64,000 bases of DNA from Gammaproteobacteria bacterium (GCA_036000105.1 DASYGE010000012.1:722324-786323); one strand, 5' to 3'. Positions 19,323 to 27,349 are shown, counted from the stretch's first letter. Numbers and translations: made by a program. The notes: a model not told the origin generated them from the sequence alone.

Positions 19323-20138
19323 ATGTCTCGCGTGTTAATGATCCTTACACGCTCGCTGTTGACGGTGGGCGTCGCCAGTGCTTTGCGTCGAATGTACCTA
19401 CTTAGGTGGGTGGTCATTCCAGTCACATTTCTCTGCGTTCTGGCTGCCGCATGCACTGGCAGTCAGTATGACTCGCCGATACTCAAACCAGGGGAGCCGG
19501 ACTATCCGATTTTGAACCCTAAGCCTATTCATCGAATATTATTTAACGCCGTTGTGCCTCCTTCTCTGTCCGTCGGTTTTACGGCTGGTTTCCGCAGTAC
19601 GTCAGGCACAGGAGGTGCGCCGTTTGATCCTTCCTGTTTTAGGGTGGTCGGTTTAGCGGTGTCAGCACCGGTAGCCGTCGAGGTGCCATTAACGCTAACC
19701 AAAGAGGGGACCTCCGGTCGTGGGTACGTTGCCGTCGATCTATTCAACCCGGGGCGCTGTCAATGGAGCTTCAGAAGAGTCGGGTACTCCATTCCTAACA
19801 CATGGCCCCAGTTGGGTCTTGTCATGGAATATACGACCGATGATCGTAAAAGCGGAGTGTCTACGGTACGTGCAGATATTTGGTGCGTGAAGGACAAACG
19901 TCCAGCAACTCCGGCGCAACGACGAATTGAGGAGTTGCCACCAGAGCGTTGCATGGGGCTGTATATGTTGACAGATCCAAACCCAGGCTGGGTATCTTCA
20001 CAGCTCGCAGCTGCTCTTCGGCAGAGGTACAGCGATTTATCTGGCATTGCAATGGTATCTCCGGATACAAAAGAAGTCGAAGTCTACTTTCACGATGTGG
20101 ATGATATGGTCGCTGGAAATGCCAGTGATCCACCGTAG
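19323..20138 (+). CDS. hypothetical lipoprotein (cargo ORF A)
   Basis: Lipoprotein signal 'MYLLRWVVIPVTFLCVLAAC'. The start is uncertain: 19278, 19323 and 19392 are all in frame. No family recognised. Confidence 0.5.
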   Translation: MSRVLMILTRSLLTVGVASALRRMYLLRWVVIPVTFLCVLAAACTGSQYDSPILKPGEPDYPILNPKPIHRILFNAVVPPSLSVGFTAGFRSTSGTGGAPFDPSCFRVVGLAVSAPVAVEVPLTLTKEGTSGRGYVAVDLFNPGRCQWSFRRVGYSIPNTWPQLGLVMEYTTDDRKSGVSTVRADIWCVKDKRPATPAQRRIEELPPERCMGLYMLTDPNPGWVSSQLAAALRQRYSDLSGIAMVSPDTKEVEVYFHDVDDMVAGNASDPP

Positions 20139-20201
20139 GGATCTGTCAGTGATTCGCCGATTTATATAGAGTTTAAATCTAGCTCTGGACCGAGAAAATA
20201 G

Positions 20202-20224
20202 GGGTATTCGGAATTTAATGTTGG
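20202..20224 (+). repeat. internal third copy of the element end (GGGTATTCGGAATTTAATGTTGG)
   Basis: Begins a 143-nt block (20202-20344) that is about 91% identical to 18998-19140 (13 mismatches counted by eye). Confidence 0.85.
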
Positions 20225-20397
20225 ATTCCGGGTTTAAAGCATCCCGTATCAATACTTCTGTAAGTCGGACTTTAGTGTTGTATTAAGCTTGGGCGGCCGG
20301 TAATCTCCGAGGTGTCATCCACCGGGGGAATGGAATGACCAATCTGTGGCTGGGTCCACGATACCGCAAGTCCTGTTGCATCGGGGAGATGGGGAGA

Positions 20398-21291
20398 ATG
20401 GAATCATCAGCAGGGAGTGCTAAGTTCGGTTCGCCGGCCGTGGTATTGATCGCCTCCGCTGTGCTGACAGTATTAATGATGGCACCGCTCTCTTCGCGGG
20501 CGCAGGACCTTGGCGTCTGCGATGCCTATCTGCAACTGCTCAAGCAGACCAAATTCGAAAAAACCCCATTCTGCGGTCGGCCCGAAGATGGGTCTGTGCC
20601 GGGATTCATACCACTCAAGCGCAACTATTGGGAGGCCGAGCAGATCTGGCCGATATTCACTCACGTCTATGAGTTCATGCTGTTCGATGACCAGCTCCAT
20701 GTCCAGAGATTCTTCAGTCAAAATCCGGACGACCCTAACAAACCTCTCGTGACCACGGATCCAACGAGAAAGGATGGTATCGCTCAATTCTTACACCGCG
20801 GGTGGATGAGCGTGTGGAGTTACGCGGAGCCAATTGATATCGAGAATGACGGTTCCCCGCTCAACTTACTCCTCTGGCAGGGCTACGGGGCGACTGGGCT
20901 CAGTGGTGGGGGCGGTCCCTGTGGTTCGGACTACGCGGAACATTCGTGGACAATCTCATACGTTAACCAACAAGCCTTCATCGTAAATCTCGATGGCAAA
21001 ACCATTGACGAACAGCTAACTCGAAAGATTTTCGGAGCACCGGAGGAGTCTTCACTCCGACACCCGAAATACATCCCAGGCGTCGCGTACGACGCCAATC
21101 CGTTCAGGCCGCTTGCGGGTTCTATCGGCATTTTCGAATATCGCGATCGGTACTACATCGAAACCGAGAATATGCCGAAGACCAAGGATGCTCCGCTGCC
21201 CCCGGTCGTGGTGTACCTGCGCGAACACGGTCACACTACCAGGATCTGCTCGCTTCGCCTTGAAAACGAACCGGTACCCGAAGACGACTGA
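20398..21291 (+). CDS. hypothetical secreted protein (cargo ORF B)
   Basis: Sec-type signal 'MESSAGSAKFGSPAVVLIASAVLTVLMMAPLSSRA'. GGGGAG lies 9 nt upstream of ATG 20398. Alternative in-frame starts are 20335 (inside the repeated left end) and 20389. Confidence 0.5.
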   Translation: MESSAGSAKFGSPAVVLIASAVLTVLMMAPLSSRAQDLGVCDAYLQLLKQTKFEKTPFCGRPEDGSVPGFIPLKRNYWEAEQIWPIFTHVYEFMLFDDQLHVQRFFSQNPDDPNKPLVTTDPTRKDGIAQFLHRGWMSVWSYAEPIDIENDGSPLNLLLWQGYGATGLSGGGGPCGSDYAEHSWTISYVNQQAFIVNLDGKTIDEQLTRKIFGAPEESSLRHPKYIPGVAYDANPFRPLAGSIGIFEYRDRYYIETENMPKTKDAPLPPVVVYLREHGHTTRICSLRLENEPVPEDD

Positions 21292-21447
21292 ACCACAATC
21301 CAATGTCCGCATCCGCCGTAGACCGATATCGGGCCTCTCGGGAAAGTGGCGGTTGTGGCAACGGAATACATGGCGGATCTAGACCGGAATACCTGACTAT
21401 TCCAACATTCGTGACATTGAGCAGGGTTGAGCACCCATACTGGTATT

Positions 21448-21470
21448 CCAACACTAAATTCCGAATAGCC
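21448..21470 (-). repeat. right terminal inverted repeat
   Basis: The reverse complement reads GGCTATTCGGAATTTAGTGTTGG. Confidence 0.85.
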
Positions 21471-21478
21471 TTATAGAA
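21471..21478. repeat. target-site duplication TTATAGAA (right)
   Basis: See 18990-18997. Confidence 0.8.
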
Positions 21479-21600
21479 AGGGGTGCAAACAATGACTGCG
21501 GGTCAGGGGTTCCGAAAGCCGGCCTGGGCAAGAGGGAGGGGCCCAGACACAGGGGGTTGGCACATTCGGTAATCCCGCCGTCATAGGGTTTGCACCCCTT
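21478..21600. repeat. 123-nt rod-like inverted-repeat element (MITE-like or structured RNA)
   Basis: AAGGGGTGCAAAC (21478-21490) pairs with GTTTGCACCCCTT (21588-21600). The stem extends through ATGAC/GTCAT and GCGGG/CCCGC to about 23 bp. Inner pairings are CCGAA/TTCGG and CTGGGC/GCCCAG. Confidence 0.6.
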
Positions 21601-21685
21601 AGACCGGTGACTTTGCGCCCCTGTCTTTCGACAGGTTTGCCTTTATCGTGTCCTCAAGAATTTAGTCTAGCACGCCCCGGCGGGA

Positions 21686-22513
21686 TTACAACGGCCGGCC
21701 ATCTCCTGCCTGGGAGGCGATGCGTTTCAGGAAATCCATGAGCCCGAGGCGCCGGCCCACAGCCAGCGCGGCTTCCGGCGACAGGGCCCGCAAGGCCATG
21801 AGCAGCCGCACCGGCTTTGGATTCACGATCACTTCCACCCGGGGTTTATGCAGTATATCCAGCAGCGCTCGCACCACGTCTTCGGGCCGGGAGGCGCCGA
21901 TGCTGCGCGGTGCCCGCATATGTTTGCGGGAGAACATCCCCGTTTCGTCCACGAAACCCGGACAGATGACGGACACCGAGACACCGGAACCCCGCAGTTC
22001 CGCCGCGAGCGAGATGCTCCATTCTGCAAGCCCGCCCTTGCTACCCGAATAGGCCGCGCCGAAGGGCATGCCGGTGCGCCCCGCGAGGGACGCGATGTTG
22101 ACGATGTGTCCATCACTCGCCGCCAGCAGCTCCGGCAGGAGTGCGCGGGTTAGCAGCATGGGTGCGGCTAGGTTGGTGGCGAGGATGCGCTCCACGCTCG
22201 CCGGATCCTGCTCGGCGTAGGGCCCGAGTTCTTCCACGCCGGCATTGTTGATGAGCACGTGGATGGTGCCGAACTCGCTGCGGGCGCGATGCAGGAGTCT
22301 TTCCCGATCCGCGCCCTTGGTCACATCACAGGGCACCACGAGTACGCGGATACCGCCTTTGGCGATGTCCCGCGCGAGCGCTTCGAGTTTGTCCGCGGAG
22401 CGGGCCGCCAGCACTAGCTGCGCGCCGGCTTCGCCTAAGGCACGGGCCATGCGTTCTCCCAGTCCCTGGGAGGCACCGGTCAAGATGATTGTTTTCCCGT
22501 TGAGATTATCCAT
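21686..22513 (-). CDS. SDR-family oxidoreductase
   Basis: 'ILTGASQGLGERMARAL' and 'YSGSK'. Confidence 0.85.
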   Translation of the reverse strand: MDNLNGKTIILTGASQGLGERMARALGEAGAQLVLAARSADKLEALARDIAKGGIRVLVVPCDVTKGADRERLLHRARSEFGTIHVLINNAGVEELGPYAEQDPASVERILATNLAAPMLLTRALLPELLAASDGHIVNIASLAGRTGMPFGAAYSGSKGGLAEWSISLAAELRGSGVSVSVICPGFVDETGMFSRKHMRAPRSIGASRPEDVVRALLDILHKPRVEVIVNPKPVRLLMALRALSPEAALAVGRRLGLMDFLKRIASQAGDGRPL

Positions 22514-22518
22514 TCTTG

Positions 22519-22683
22519 AGGTGCCTCTAAAACACGAGATTTTGCTCTGTATCTGGAGCTATCGCAGTTTACTCCTCGGTACATATGGCTTCGCTGCTCC
22601 ACCAGCGGACACGACGGCAGGGACGCCGGAGGTAGGGCAACGCAGGGAGCAGTTGCCGGAAAGATCGATTTTTAGAGGTACCT
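22519..22683 (-). promoter_or_regulatory. long-range inverted repeat in the SDR leader that can sequester the SD
   Basis: AGGTGCCTCTAAAA (22519-22532) pairs with TTTTAGAGGTACCT (22670-22683) at 13/14. On the mRNA strand the 3' arm, UUUUAGAGGCACCU, lies 5 nt upstream of the ATG and contains the only AGAGG. Confidence 0.4.
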
Positions 22684-22717
22684 GAAAACGAAAACGCCCC
22701 GCTGGTGCAGGGCGTTC
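22684..22717 (-). terminator. rho-independent terminator of the cytochrome c pair
   Basis: On the minus strand: AACGCCC-loop-GGGCGTT followed by TTTCGTTTTC. Confidence 0.6.
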
Positions 22718-22745
22718 TGTTAACAAGGTGCCAGGAGCTCTAGGC

Positions 22746-23087
22746 TCAGTGGCCGCCCTGGGGGATGCTGTGCAGCGGTCCCGGCAGGCTGGAGAAATAC
22801 TCCGCCAGGTTCTTGATGTCGTCATCCGTGAGGCTCGCGGCCATGCCCTTCATGATGGGGTTGTTGCGCCCGCCGTCCTTGTACTCGTGCAGCGCCTGGA
22901 TCAGGTAATCCTTGTACTGCCCGGCGAGTATCGGGAACTGGTCGGAGCTGCTGAGGCCGTTCAGGCCGTGGCAGGCGGCGCAGGTCTGGGCCTTGTCCTT
23001 GCCGGCGGCGATGTCGCCGTCAGCGCAGGCGGCCTGGGTCGCGAGCAGGAGGCCGGCGGCGGCGAGGATCGTGAATGATTTGTGCAT
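22746..23087 (-). CDS. class I monohaem c-type cytochrome
   Basis: Signal peptide, haem motif 'CAACH', distal Met in 'IMKGM'. ATG at 23087 has a GAAGGGG RBS. Confidence 0.8.
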   Translation of the reverse strand: MHKSFTILAAAGLLLATQAACADGDIAAGKDKAQTCAACHGLNGLSSSDQFPILAGQYKDYLIQALHEYKDGGRNNPIMKGMAASLTDDDIKNLAEYFSSLPGPLHSIPQGGH

Positions 23088-23098
23088 GCTATGCCCCT

Positions 23099-23440
23099 TC
23101 ACTGCGGGTTGGCCGGGGTCTTACCCAGGCTCTCGAAGTACGCGGCGATGTCCTGCATCTGCTGGTCGGACAGGGAAGACGCCTGCGCGTGCATGGTCCG
23201 GTGGGTGCGGCCGCCGGCCTTGTATTCCTTCAGGGCCGCCAGGATGTAGGCGGCGTGCTGCCCGGCAAGCTCAGGCACCCGGTAGGTGGGGTACACGTTG
23301 GTGTAGTTCGGCACGCCGTGGCAGCCGATGCAGGTGTAGGAGTCGATCTTGCCTTTGGCCGGGTCGCCGTCAGCGCGGGCCGTGAGGCTTAACGTAGCCG
23401 CAGCGCAGGCGAGGACGATGGCGAATACGCGAATCCGCAT
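23099..23440 (-). CDS. class I monohaem c-type cytochrome
   Basis: Signal peptide 'MRIRVFAIVLACAAATLSLTARA', haem motif 'CIGCH'. RBS GGGAGAG. Confidence 0.8.
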   Translation of the reverse strand: MRIRVFAIVLACAAATLSLTARADGDPAKGKIDSYTCIGCHGVPNYTNVYPTYRVPELAGQHAAYILAALKEYKAGGRTHRTMHAQASSLSDQQMQDIAAYFESLGKTPANPQ

Positions 23441-23666
23441 CGGAATACTCTCCCTATATAGAGGGTTCAAGGATTAAGGGCCCTGGCCGGGTCCGGAGGG
23501 CGCCTAGGTTACCAAAACCGGCGCCATACCTGTAGTCCGCACTCCCGTAAGGGCTCCGGTGCATACTTTGGCGGGTAATAGCCAGGCCCGGAGCCGGGTC
23601 TATATGAGGTCTTGCAGCGGCGGGTTCACCGCCCCATATAGGTCAGGCGTCCCAGGAGGTAAAGGT

Positions 23667-24068
23667 ATGCAGAAGATCAAGAAGACCGACCAGGAATGGC
23701 AGGCGGAGCTAACCCCCGAGCAGTATGCGGTGATGCGCAAGAAGGCAACCGAGCGGGCCTTCGCCGGCAAATATGTGGATAACCACGAAGCCGGCATGTA
23801 CCGCTGCGCCAGCTGCGGCAACCCCCTGTTCTCCTCCGAGACCAAGTACGATTCCGGCTCCGGCTGGCCGAGCTTCACCGCGCCGGCAGAGGGCGCCAAC
23901 GTGGAGACCCACTCGGACAGCAGCCACTTCATGCAGCGCACCGAGGTCCTGTGCGCCAAGTGCGATGCGCATCTCGGCCACCTGTTCGACGACGGCCCGG
24001 GCCCCGAAGGCCTGCGCTACTGCATCAACTCCTGCTCGCTGTCTTTCAAGAAAGACGAGAAGAAGTGA
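23667..24068 (+). CDS. msrB: peptide-methionine (R)-S-oxide reductase
   Basis: RBS AGGAGG. 'Y.C..CG..LF....[10 protein letters not shown]' and '[16 protein letters not shown]'. Confidence 0.9.
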   Translation: MQKIKKTDQEWQAELTPEQYAVMRKKATERAFAGKYVDNHEAGMYRCASCGNPLFSSETKYDSGSGWPSFTAPAEGANVETHSDSSHFMQRTEVLCAKCDAHLGHLFDDGPGPEGLRYCINSCSLSFKKDEKK

Positions 24069-24075
24069 CCCAGCC

Positions 24076-24786
24076 ATGACCGAGCTCCTGTTCCGCGCCG
24101 ATGCCTATGCCACGGAGTTCGAGGCCGAGGTCCTCTCCGCGGAACCGGGGCGGGTGGTGTTGAATAGGACGCTCTTCTATCCGGAGAGCGGCGGCCAGCC
24201 CGGCGACACGGGGACATTGAAGCTCCCGGACGGCCGCGAACTGAAGGTCGGGGATACGCGCAAGGGCGCCGTGCCCGATGAGGTGGTGCATGTACTCGCG
24301 GATACAGCCCTCGCGCTCGAGCCCGGCATGCGTCTCGGGGGGCGCATAGATTGGGAGCGGCGTCATCGGCTCATGCGCATGCACACCTGCCTGCATCTGC
24401 TCTCGGCCATCATCATCGCGCCGGTCACCGGCGGTGCCGTGGGCGACGGCTACGGGCGCCTGGATTTCGACCTGCCCGAGAGTCCGGAACGAGAAGAAGT
24501 GCAGACCAGGCTCAATGAACTGATACGGCGCGACGCGCTGGTGTCTTTCCGCTGGATCAGCGATGCGGAGCTGGATGCGCGGCCCGAGCTGGTCAAGACC
24601 ATGTCGGTGCAACCACCCCGGGGCCACGGCCAGGTGCGGCTCGTGGACGTGGAGGGCATAGACTTGCAGCCCTGCGGCGGCACCCATGTGAGCCGCATCG
24701 GCGAGATAGGCGAAGTGTTCATATCAAAAGTGGAAAAGAAGGGTAAGCAGAATCGCCGGGTGAGGTTAGAATTTCCACAGGCCTGA
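24076..24786 (+). CDS. alanyl-tRNA editing protein (AlaX-M-like)
   Basis: 'LFYPESGGQPGDTG', 'HTCLHLL' and 'CGGTHV' zinc/editing motifs. Confidence 0.8.
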   Translation: MTELLFRADAYATEFEAEVLSAEPGRVVLNRTLFYPESGGQPGDTGTLKLPDGRELKVGDTRKGAVPDEVVHVLADTALALEPGMRLGGRIDWERRHRLMRMHTCLHLLSAIIIAPVTGGAVGDGYGRLDFDLPESPEREEVQTRLNELIRRDALVSFRWISDAELDARPELVKTMSVQPPRGHGQVRLVDVEGIDLQPCGGTHVSRIGEIGEVFISKVEKKGKQNRRVRLEFPQA

Positions 24787-24836
24787 GCGGCCTGAAAGCA
24801 CGGCACGAAACCATCCATGGTGTCGTGACCAGCCCC

Positions 24837-24947
24837 GCCTGCAAGGCTACGCGTCCTGCTACGCTTGCAGGCCAGGGCGGGCTTCCTGCCCGCCCGCTCG
24901 TCGCAATGCGACGAGCCCTTGCGGGGCGTGTGTCGCATACGACACAC
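24837..24947. repeat. cluster of four different back-to-back GC-rich hairpins
   Basis: Four stems: GCCTGCAAG/CTTGCAGGC (24837-24872), GGGCGGGC/GCCCGCCC (24875-24895), GCTCGTCGCA/TGCGACGAGC (24896-24916), GTGTGTCG/CGACACAC (24928-24947). Confidence 0.7.
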
Positions 24948-24994
24948 CCAGGAGCAGCCGTTACAATCAGTTGAAACACGACGGGGAGACACAC

Positions 24995-25339
24995 ATGAGC
25001 GGATCAGACGGCGGGCGTACCGTGACCATCGTGGCCTATATCCTGCATCTCCTGGGGGCCATCACCGGTTTGTTGAGCGTCATCGGGCTCATCATCAATT
25101 ACGTGGTGAAGGGCGATCACGGTGAGATGATAGACAGTCACCAGAGCTGGATGATCCGCAGCTTCTGGTATGCGATCCTCGGCGGCTTGATCTGTGGTGC
25201 GCTCTTCATCACCGTCATCGGCATCCCGCTGGCCTGGCTGGGGCTCATCGTCATCTGGCTCTGGTACATCTACCGCCATATACGCGGCCTCATCGACCTC
25301 GCCGAGGGCAAGACCATGTCCGGGAGTTCGCTGCTCTGA
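24995..25339 (+). CDS. small integral membrane protein (DUF4870-like?)
   Basis: RBS GGGGAGA then ATG at 24995. Three hydrophobic helices. The family call is tentative. Confidence 0.55.
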   Translation: MSGSDGGRTVTIVAYILHLLGAITGLLSVIGLIINYVVKGDHGEMIDSHQSWMIRSFWYAILGGLICGALFITVIGIPLAWLGLIVIWLWYIYRHIRGLIDLAEGKTMSGSSLL

Positions 25340-25350
25340 TTTGAAGCCAT

Positions 25351-25377
25351 AAAAAAACCCGCCGAGAGGCGGGTTTT
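25351..25377. terminator. bidirectional rho-independent terminator
   Basis: AAAAAAA-CCCGCC-gaga-GGCGGG-TTTT between convergent genes. Confidence 0.8.
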
Positions 25378-25397
25378 CATATGCGTGTGGTTTGCGC

Positions 25398-26615
25398 TCA
25401 GGAAGCGGCCTTCAGGCGGCCCATCTCTTCCAGCACCAGGGCTATGCGTTCCACGGCCCAATCCAGCTGTTCCTTGGTCACCACCAGCGGCGGCGCGAGA
25501 CGCAGCACGGTCTCATGGGTCTCCTTGCTCAAGATGCCCTGGGCCATGAGTCGCTCGCAGACTTCCCGGGCGCGGGCCTTGCGGGAATCTATCTCCACGC
25601 CGATGAAGAGGCCCTTGCCGCGCAGACTCTTGATGAAGGGGCTTTTCAAGGCGGCGAGCTTGTCCAGGAGATAAGCGCCCAGTTCTGCGGAGCGATCCGC
25701 CAGCTTCTCTTCTACCAGCACGTTGAGGGCTTCCAAGCCCACGGCGGCGGCCAGCGGGGTGCCGCCGAAGGTGCTGCCGTGGTCGCCCGGGGTGAACACT
25801 GCCATCACATCGCGCCGTGTCAGGAAGGCGGACACGGGCAGGAGGCCGCCGCCGAGCGCCTTGCCCAGGATCAGTCCGTCCGGCTTCACGCCTTCGTGTT
25901 CGCAGGCCAGCAATTTGCCCGTGCGGCCGAGGCCGGTCTGGATCTCGTCGGCGATCAGCAGCACCTTGTGCTTGCGGCAGAGGTCCGCGCACTTCTTCAG
26001 GTAACCGGCGGGCGGCACCACGATGCCGGCCTCGCCCTGGATGGGTTCCACCAGGAAGGCGGCGGTGTTGGGGCCGATGGCTTTCTCCAGTGCCTCCGCA
26101 TCGCCGTAGGGGATGATCTTGAAGCCGCCGGGGAAGGGGCCGAAGCCGTCCTTGTATTGGGGCTCGGAGGACATGCCCACGATGGCGATGGTGCGGCCGT
26201 GGAAGTTACCGGTGCAGACGATGATCTCGGCCTTATCCGCGGGTACGCCTTTGATCTTGTAAGCCCATTTGCGCGCCGCCTTGAGGGCGGTCTCCACACC
26301 TTCGGCGCCGCTGTTCATGGGCAGGGCCATGTCCATGCCCGTGAGTTCGCAGAGGCGTTTCAGGAAAACGCCGAGCCTCTCGCTGTGGAAGGCACGGGAG
26401 CAGACCGCGAGCTTCGCCGCCTGCTCGGTGAGGGCCTTCACCAGGCGTGGGTGCGCGTGGCCGTGGCTGACGGCGGAGTAGGCGCTCATCATGTCGAGGT
26501 AACGGTTGCCCGCATCGTCCCACAGGTACACGCCTTCGCCGCGGGTGAGCACCACCGGCAGCGGGTGGTAGTTGTGGGCGCCGTAGTGGCTCTCGAGTTC
26601 GATGGATTTGTTCAT
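25398..26615 (-). CDS. rocD: ornithine--oxo-acid aminotransferase
   Basis: 405 aa from 'MNKSIELESHYGAHNYHPLPVVLTRGEGVYLWD'. 'DEIQTGLGRTG'; PLP Lys in 'LGKALGGG'. The 499-aa track ORF has an unsupported N-terminal extension. Confidence 0.85.
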   Translation of the reverse strand: MNKSIELESHYGAHNYHPLPVVLTRGEGVYLWDDAGNRYLDMMSAYSAVSHGHAHPRLVKALTEQAAKLAVCSRAFHSERLGVFLKRLCELTGMDMALPMNSGAEGVETALKAARKWAYKIKGVPADKAEIIVCTGNFHGRTIAIVGMSSEPQYKDGFGPFPGGFKIIPYGDAEALEKAIGPNTAAFLVEPIQGEAGIVVPPAGYLKKCADLCRKHKVLLIADEIQTGLGRTGKLLACEHEGVKPDGLILGKALGGGLLPVSAFLTRRDVMAVFTPGDHGSTFGGTPLAAAVGLEALNVLVEEKLADRSAELGAYLLDKLAALKSPFIKSLRGKGLFIGVEIDSRKARAREVCERLMAQGILSKETHETVLRLAPPLVVTKEQLDWAVERIALVLEEMGRLKAAS

Positions 26616-26704
26616 GGCAGTGCTCTTCGGAAGGCTGCATGGGTGCGTGATCGCAAGCGAACACTTATTATACAGCAGCCCCGGATACCGGCTTTCCCCA
26701 CCGC

Positions 26705-27349
26705 ATGACCGACAAACACCGCACCGAACCCTGCGTATTCCAAGGCCCTGCGGGCGATCTGGAAGGCCTGCTGGATTTCCCCGACGGCACACCGCGCGCC
26801 GTGGCCGTGGTCTGCCATCCGAATCCGGCGCAGGGCGGCACCATGCAGAACAAGGTGGCTTATATCCTCGCGCGTGCCTTCTGTGACATGGGTGCACTCT
26901 CGCTGCGCTTCAATTTCCGCGGCGTAGGCAGGAGCGCGGGCGTGTTCGACGACGCCGTGGGCGAGATCGGCGACGCGCTCGCCGCCATGGACTGGCTCAT
27001 GGCCCGTCAACCCTCCCCCCCCTTGTGGTTGGGCGGCTTCTCTTTCGGTTCTTACGTCGCGCTGCGCGCGCAGTCGCGGCGACAGGTAGCGCGTCTGGTC
27101 ACCGTCGCGCCGGCGGTGGAACGTTTCGAGACTCAGCACATCGAATTGCCGGCCTGCCCCTGGGTGTTGGTGCAAGGCATGGATGATGACGTGGTCTCGC
27201 CCCAGGCGGTGCTGGCCTGGGCGCGCGGGCTGGCGAGGCCGCCGCGCATCCTGGAGATGGCAGGCGCCGGACACTTCTTCCATGGCCGCCTGACCGAGCT
27301 CCGGGAGGCCATAACCCGGGCTTTCCCGGTCATCCCGGACGGCGTTTAA
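26705..27349 (+). CDS. alpha/beta hydrolase (COG2945-like)
   Basis: 'VVCHPNPAQGGTM.NKV' and nucleophile elbow 'GFSFGS'. Confidence 0.7.
   Translation: MTDKHRTEPCVFQGPAGDLEGLLDFPDGTPRAVAVVCHPNPAQGGTMQNKVAYILARAFCDMGALSLRFNFRGVGRSAGVFDDAVGEIGDALAAMDWLMARQPSPPLWLGGFSFGSYVALRAQSRRQVARLVTVAPAVERFETQHIELPACPWVLVQGMDDDVVSPQAVLAWARGLARPPRILEMAGAGHFFHGRLTELREAITRAFPVIPDGV

Larger units (their letters stand above)
18998..21470 (+). mobile_element. transposase-less cargo element (mobile-insertion-cassette-like), 2,473 bp
   Basis: 23-bp terminal inverted repeats matching 20/23, an 8-bp direct repeat flanking both ends, an AT-richer interior, and only two secreted/lipoprotein ORFs with no recombinase gene. 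Confidence 0.75.

Noticed and set aside
21558-21574. TGGCAC-N5-GTAAT, resembling a sigma-54 -24/-12 promoter.
   Set aside because: The -12 element does not match TTGC, the site lies inside the 123-nt rod-like repeat, and no downstream gene is on that strand.
18719-21685. tRNA, tmRNA or integrase-type att site as the integration target for the AT-rich islands (also checked near 2890-3075 and 51831-51990).
   Set aside because: No cloverleaf-compatible sequence or GGTTCGAATCC-type T-arm was seen, and island (ii) is explained by transposition (inverted repeats plus an 8-bp duplication) instead.
24837-24947. CRISPR-like reading of the hairpin clusters (also 59949-60181).
   Set aside because: The palindromes all differ in sequence, there are no constant repeats separated by unique spacers, and no cas genes are in the window.
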